Assembly (NCBI GenBank): GCA_965219575.1
Contig: OZ244779.1
Span: forward strand, 1,036,769 to 1,100,768
Reading direction: 5' to 3'
DNA length: 64,000 nucleotides
Origin: Candidatus Oxydemutatoraceae bacterium
GTDB taxonomy: Bacteria; Pseudomonadota; Gammaproteobacteria; Poriferisulfidales; Oxydemutatoraceae
Positions 59,029 through 64,000 of this stretch are shown in pieces (the stretch's first letter is position 1; every line of letters starts with the position of its first letter). The notes under the pieces were generated by a model, which searched no databases, was not told the DNA's origin, and saw nothing but the letters and a program-made list of their open reading frames with translations. The translations under genes and the position numbers were made by a program.

Positions 59029-60237
59029 TCAATGTCGAGGTGTATTGGCTCCCAGCTCTTTTATGATATGTCTAAATAGTAAATCGGGTTTATAGAAATA
59101 ATCTCGTTTGACAAAATCGGTTGTTAGGTATTTATAAATAGCTATAAATTTGAACCACCGAGGGATTGTATGTGAAGAATTTGTATATAGAAGTTTAGGG
59201 CATGCCCTTGCTCGTACTATCTTAATGTGCGAGTATTGTAGGATATTTTTTTCTACCGAATAGAGCATTGCGTTGTCGCTCTCTTTTTTGTCTTTATTAA
59301 TAACCAAAGCCTTTAATTCCGGAAAATCGAAATATCGGTATACGGTGTAGTTTTTATTTAGAAAATCAAAATAGCGAGGCTCAGTAATATCCGACATCAG
59401 GTATATTATCGAGCCTTCGGGTATTGCGTGTTTCAGGATGCGCTTGAGGTTGTTTTGGTTCGCACCGTATTGATTACTAATATGCTTGAGTGAGTCGTTA
59501 CCTCGTACATGCAAGCAAGCATAATAAAGCGGATATTCCTGTGAAAAATTTACTTTATAGTTATTTTGTCCTTGTTGTAGCGGCGCATTGTGGTAAAAGA
59601 AAAAGCGTTTTTTCACGCTATCGAGGCTGGTGCCTATAGATTTTAGGACGATGTCGCTTAGACCTTCGACTTTGCTTGAAGGATGAAGACTTACCAACAG
59701 ACGGTCGGCACCGTCGTCGTAGCGATAGCGATTCGTTCTTCGTACTATGACTTTATATTGATCGTTTTGTTGCGCAGTAATACACTCGTTGTTTTCCATG
59801 ATAAGTAGGTTTTCGTTGATCGGTGTAGGGGCGTGCTTAGAGTCTTCGCCCACGAAGTTGCCGGTTTTAAGAACGGCTTCGGGATTATCGGTATAGGTGC
59901 TTAAATCAAAATCCTCCTCGCTGATATAGCGCAAAGGTTTTTCTACTCTTCGCATACCCCCATTATTTTCTAATTCGCATATTTCGGTTTTTGCTAAATT
60001 GATATAACGTTCAAATTCGATATTTTTGTATTCGGGTTTGTTTTTGATGTCGGCGGCGGTAATTTGGCTATATACGAGATTTTGGTAGTGCCATATAGCG
60101 AATTTCCTCAGAACAAGGACTCTATCTAGTCGCACGGCTTCTTTAATAGCACATTTTAGGGTACTGAGCTTGTGATCCAGCCCGGCCGGAAAGCAATTCG
60201 CGGTATCAAATATCAGATAGTTGTCGCTTGTTTCCAT
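59029..60237 (-). CDS. Putative O-fucosyltransferase-like (GT-B) protein, paralog 1
   Basis: AGLDHKL..LKCAIKEA..LDRVLV, YACLHVRGND, IYLMSD and DNAMLYSVEKNIL resemble fucosyltransferase motifs. Confidence 0.5.
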   Translation of the reverse strand: METSDNYLIFDTANCFPAGLDHKLSTLKCAIKEAVRLDRVLVLRKFAIWHYQNLVYSQITAADIKNKPEYKNIEFERYINLAKTEICELENNGGMRRVEKPLRYISEEDFDLSTYTDNPEAVLKTGNFVGEDSKHAPTPINENLLIMENNECITAQQNDQYKVIVRRTNRYRYDDGADRLLVSLHPSSKVEGLSDIVLKSIGTSLDSVKKRFFFYHNAPLQQGQNNYKVNFSQEYPLYYACLHVRGNDSLKHISNQYGANQNNLKRILKHAIPEGSIIYLMSDITEPRYFDFLNKNYTVYRYFDFPELKALVINKDKKESDNAMLYSVEKNILQYSHIKIVRARACPKLLYTNSSHTIPRWFKFIAIYKYLTTDFVKRDYFYKPDLLFRHIIKELGANTPRH

Positions 60238-61249
60238 CGTATTGCGTGGTGTGCCCGATTAAAGATTGATACCATGATAGAAACTTGTATCGCCAAGGGG
60301 TCGTGTGGGAAGCGTTGCTATAGATTATAGGAAAACCGGATAGATCTTCAAAAGGAGTCATTTTAATAGCGGCGTATTGCAGAATATTTTTTTCTACCGA
60401 GTAGAGCATCGCGCTATTGATTCTCTTTTTATTTTTGCCGGAAACCAGAGCTTTTAATTCCGGGAAGTCGTAGTACCGATATAGGGTACATTGTTTTTTA
60501 AGCGGTTCAAAATAATCGGCATCATCGATATCCGATATAACATAAACGGTTCTATCTTTGGTTATTCTAGCTCTTTTGAAGATTGCTCGGATTTGACGGA
60601 TGCTGGTTGCGTATAGTTTTTCGGGTGTAACCGTAGTATCGCCGTGTTGCAAACATAGGCAGGCATAATGAGCCGGACCGGCAGGCGTTTTCGTTTGGTA
60701 AAAGTCGGAGTTCGCTGCGTAATCGACACCGTAGTGAATCTCGGCACATTGTTTTACCGCTTCAAGGCCGGTTCCCATGGCATTTAGCACGATATCGCTG
60801 AGGCGATCAACTTCTTCCGAAGCGGGAAGGTGTACTAAAATATCCGCATAACGATGGCTATATTTATCGCCGGTTATTTTTCGTACGATCACTTCGTATT
60901 GATGACTCGGTTCTGCAGAAATGGATTTATTTTTCACCGACAGCACTTCGTTGTCGGAATATGCTTTTAGATCGAAATCTTCTGCATTGATATAGTGAAA
61001 CGGTTCGTTAAGTTGTTCGATATCGCCGTCTATTATTCTGCATATTCGGGTTTTGTTTAAGTCCACATAACGATCGAAACCGGTATTTTTGAGCGTACGG
61101 CCGAAGTTGCCGCCGGCACCGATAGTAAATGTTCCGACAACGAGCGTTCTATTCAGGTACACCGCTTCTCGGACGGCATCGCTTAATATATCGAGTGCAT
61201 GCTCTATATTTCTAAGCGGTTTTTTTATATCGAGTAATAAATACTTCAC
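60206..61249 (-). CDS. Putative O-fucosyltransferase-like protein, paralog 2 (degenerate motif)
   Basis: Shares EAV.L.R.LV, YRY.DFPELKALV and AMLYSVEKNILQY with paralog 1, but has YACLCLQHGD in place of YACLHVRGND. Confidence 0.45.
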   Translation of the reverse strand: MKYLLLDIKKPLRNIEHALDILSDAVREAVYLNRTLVVGTFTIGAGGNFGRTLKNTGFDRYVDLNKTRICRIIDGDIEQLNEPFHYINAEDFDLKAYSDNEVLSVKNKSISAEPSHQYEVIVRKITGDKYSHRYADILVHLPASEEVDRLSDIVLNAMGTGLEAVKQCAEIHYGVDYAANSDFYQTKTPAGPAHYACLCLQHGDTTVTPEKLYATSIRQIRAIFKRARITKDRTVYVISDIDDADYFEPLKKQCTLYRYYDFPELKALVSGKNKKRINSAMLYSVEKNILQYAAIKMTPFEDLSGFPIIYSNASHTTPWRYKFLSWYQSLIGHTTQYDGNKRQLSDI

Positions 61250-61785
61250 TTGCTTTTATATGCGTTCACCCCGTTATCTCTTCTAATGCGACGCTGCTTT
61301 AGATAAGAAAGTATATGTATACGCCATAAAACTTTAACCGTTGTATATCCGACTATGGAGGATATACAACTCATGACAAAGCAACCCAATAAGAAGGGTT
61401 GCCATAGATGGCTAATTTCCAAAATTTGATTCATATCCGACGAATCATGAAATTCGCTCATCGGTGTTTGTAATATCAGCTGTCCCACTTTGTAGCATAG
61501 ATAGAATATCGGTGCGACCGTGAGCGGGTTGCTAATCCACACGAGTAATATCGACACCGGGATATTCGCACCGATCCAAACCGCGATCAATGCTGCCGGG
61601 ATCATTTGAAAAGGTATCGGGATAAATACGCAGAATAACCCGACGGCAAAGGCGTTGGCGATCGAGTTGCGGTTGACATGCCACAGATTTTCTTTGTGGA
61701 TCAGGGTATCGAGGTACTTGAGCTGAGGGTGCGTTCGCATCTCGTGCATTTTCGGGGAAAGTCGTTTTATCAGTTTTTTAGGCAT
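61246..61785 (-). CDS. DUF2062 membrane protein
   Basis: LWHVNRNSIA.AFAVGLF..FIPIPFQM and VWISNPLT motifs; typical neighbour of comEC. Confidence 0.85.
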   Translation of the reverse strand: MPKKLIKRLSPKMHEMRTHPQLKYLDTLIHKENLWHVNRNSIANAFAVGLFCVFIPIPFQMIPAALIAVWIGANIPVSILLVWISNPLTVAPIFYLCYKVGQLILQTPMSEFHDSSDMNQILEISHLWQPFLLGCFVMSCISSIVGYTTVKVLWRIHILSYLKQRRIRRDNGVNAYKSK

Positions 61786-61836
61786 CTTCGGCAGTTTTAT
61801 TAACCACGCATATTTTAAGCTACTTATGATGTTTTC

Positions 61837-64000
61837 ATGCTATCTACAATCTATATTTTTGCGTTTTCTTTTTTGGCAGGAAATTTATCTCTGCAATTTT
61901 TGCCGGTACTCCCGAAAGTGCATAGTCTGATTTTTTTGGCTTTCGGTTTTTTATTATTTTCTTCTAAGTTAAAGTGGCGTTTATTGGGTGGTTTTTGTTT
62001 GGGTTTGTTCTGGACTGCTTACGCCGTGCCGTTGGATACCGAAGGCGAAGCCGCAAATACTTGGGAAGGGAAGACCGTTGAAGTCGTAGCTCAAGTTGAA
62101 ACAATTCCTATTCGGCGAACCGACAGCACACAATTTATACTGAAGGTGATAGAACATCCCGATGCGGACCAGCCTTTCCCCGAGCGTGTTAGAGCGAGCA
62201 TTTATCGTTATCAAGAGCCGATAAAGGTCTCGGATTTTTTACGCGCCCGGATCAAATTAAAAGATCGCTACGGTTTTGCCAACCCGAATACCTTTGATTA
62301 TGAACGCTGGTTGACGATGCAAGGCATAGAAGCTATCGGATATATAGTGTCTTATCAAAAGCTCGAGGCATCGGCGACGGCATCGGGATATAGCCTCGAG
62401 CGATGGCGACAACGGCTTTTTGATAAACTGGAATCGTACAAGCACCTGTACGCCCAAGTTGATTCCATCGCTGCCATCACGTTGGGTTTGAGTTCGCTTC
62501 TGTCGCATCGGCAAAGAGAAATTCTAAGTGCCACCGGCACGAATCATTTATTTGCCGTTTCGGGTTTGCATATCGGTATGGTTTTCGGTCTGTTTTTCGT
62601 GTTGATAGAACGTCTATGGCGTTACTTGTTTTTGAGCCGTTATTTATACCCGTCTCGTGATGTCGCTTTACTGGGTGCATTGCCGGTAGCAATCGCCTAT
62701 GCGGCACTCGCCGGCTTTTCGGTGCCGACGCAGCGGGCTTTGATTATGCTGGTATGTGTCGTCTGTGCCAACTTCTTTAGATACAAGATATCTTTATCGC
62801 AGTCTTTGACCGTCGCCTTATTACTGATTCTTATATACGACCCTTCGGCAACTCTGTCTATTTCCTTCTGGTTGTCGTTTGCCGCCGTTGCGATGATTGC
62901 ATTTTTTTTGTTGATCGCACCGAACCTGAAAGGATGGAAATTATGGTTCGGCATGCAAGCGTATATTGCCACGGTAATGATAATACCTTCTCTACTGTTT
63001 TTTACCCAAGGCGCACCGATTTCGCCGCTAGCCAATATGGTAATCGTTCCACTAACCGCCTTTTTGGTATTGCCGTGTTCGTTGATTGCCGTCGCTTCTT
63101 TTATGATGAGTGAACCGATCGCATCATTTTTCATGCAGGCTGCCGACTTGCTGTTCGAGATGTTATGGCAAATCAACGGCTGGTTTGCAAGCCATACCCT
63201 AAGATGGTTTCATCACATAGATAATTTGACGGCATTATTTGCCTTGACCGGTATTTTGTTGTTTATCGTGTTGAGAAAAAAGCTCGTGCGTAGTCTGGCA
63301 GTATTGTTACTATTTCCGCTGTTGCCGTTTTTCAGCACACCGTTGTCGCTGCCGTCGGGTGCTTTTCGGGTCGTATTTTTTGATGTAGGGCAAGGCTTGT
63401 CGGTTTTAGTACGCACACGAGAACATACTTTGGTCTACGATACCGGGCCGTATTATCGTTCGGGATTCAACACGATGGATAGCGTGGTTTTACCGTACTT
63501 ACGCTCGCGCCGCATCGATACGATCGACACCCTGGTCGTATCGCACGCCGACAACGATCACGCCGGCGGTGCAGAAGTATTGATGCGGCATATTTCACCG
63601 CACCGTTTGCTCGGCGGCGAACCCTTAACGGTTGCCAGCCGTACTTTTGAACCTTGCGTTCAGGGTCAATCTTGGGTTTGGGACGATGTGCGCTTTGAAA
63701 TACTCTATCCTCGATCCGGCACTATTTATAAAGGCAATAATGCATCGTGCGTGTTGCGCATTTCCAACCGCAGCCACTCGCTGTTGTTGACCGCCGACAT
63801 AGAGAAAGCTGCAGAGCGCATTTTATCGCATCACCCGTCTTTGCCGAGCGATGTGTTACTCGTTCCGCATCACGGTAGCCGTACTTCGTCGACACCCGAG
63901 TTTATATCGTCGGTCTCACCTTTACTTGCGGTAGTCACCTCCGGTTATCGCAATCGCTTTGCGTTGCCGAGGACCGATATCGTAGCGCGCTATTACGAGC
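61837..64000 (+). CDS. comEC: DNA uptake competence protein ComEC/Rec2; runs off the window end
   Basis: Not in the ORF track. The frame from ATG 61837 contains TGTNHLFAVSGLHIG, FDVGQG, SHADNDHAGG and PHHGS. Confidence 0.92.
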   Translation, partial: MLSTIYIFAFSFLAGNLSLQFLPVLPKVHSLIFLAFGFLLFSSKLKWRLLGGFCLGLFWTAYAVPLDTEGEAANTWEGKTVEVVAQVETIPIRRTDSTQFILKVIEHPDADQPFPERVRASIYRYQEPIKVSDFLRARIKLKDRYGFANPNTFDYERWLTMQGIEAIGYIVSYQKLEASATASGYSLERWRQRLFDKLESYKHLYAQVDSIAAITLGLSSLLSHRQREILSATGTNHLFAVSGLHIGMVFGLFFVLIERLWRYLFLSRYLYPSRDVALLGALPVAIAYAALAGFSVPTQRALIMLVCVVCANFFRYKISLSQSLTVALLLILIYDPSATLSISFWLSFAAVAMIAFFLLIAPNLKGWKLWFGMQAYIATVMIIPSLLFFTQGAPISPLANMVIVPLTAFLVLPCSLIAVASFMMSEPIASFFMQAADLLFEMLWQINGWFASHTLRWFHHIDNLTALFALTGILLFIVLRKKLVRSLAVLLLFPLLPFFSTPLSLPSGAFRVVFFDVGQGLSVLVRTREHTLVYDTGPYYRSGFNTMDSVVLPYLRSRRIDTIDTLVVSHADNDHAGGAEVLMRHISPHRLLGGEPLTVASRTFEPCVQGQSWVWDDVRFEILYPRSGTIYKGNNASCVLRISNRSHSLLLTADIEKAAERILSHHPSLPSDVLLVPHHGSRTSSTPEFISSVSPLLAVVTSGYRNRFALPRTDIVARYYE

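Noticed and set aside
61981-63416. Several minus-strand ORFs
   Set aside because: They are antisense to comEC.

Overview
Chromosomal window from a gammaproteobacterium, probably a sulfide oxidiser (fccAB) and possibly host-associated (inference). The backbone is housekeeping: PTS-Ntr cluster (ptsI/ptsH/IIA/rapZ/hprK/ptsN/hpf), kdsC, tRNA-Cys and tRNA-Leu, ispG, tkt-gap-pgk-pyk-fba, mfd, napC-like/fccAB, a complete ccmA-I operon, lolCE/lolD and comEC. Four accessory layers sit on this backbone. (1) A 23.7-kb gene for a 7908-aa signal-peptide protein with ten DxDxDG/GLUG modules, cadherin-like repeats and an unexplained C-terminal tail (IRIRVKVFLEGPLQ). (2) A sulfotransferase-like gene frameshifted by an (ATAC)16 tract, a candidate phase-variable locus. 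(3) A RAYT-type HUH transposase with a modular repeat system: GTAG-REPs, a second palindrome P, GGCTGTTGAAAAA-ended MITE-like units and a third GC-rich motif. These repeats nest inside each other, supply the stop codons of pyk and lolD, and bracket a cargo cassette inside the ccm operon. (4) AT-rich glycan-modifying genes (a GT25 and a fucosyltransferase-like pair) and two paralogous small ATKAD coiled-coil membrane proteins. All calls come from motif recognition by eye; no database searches were run.
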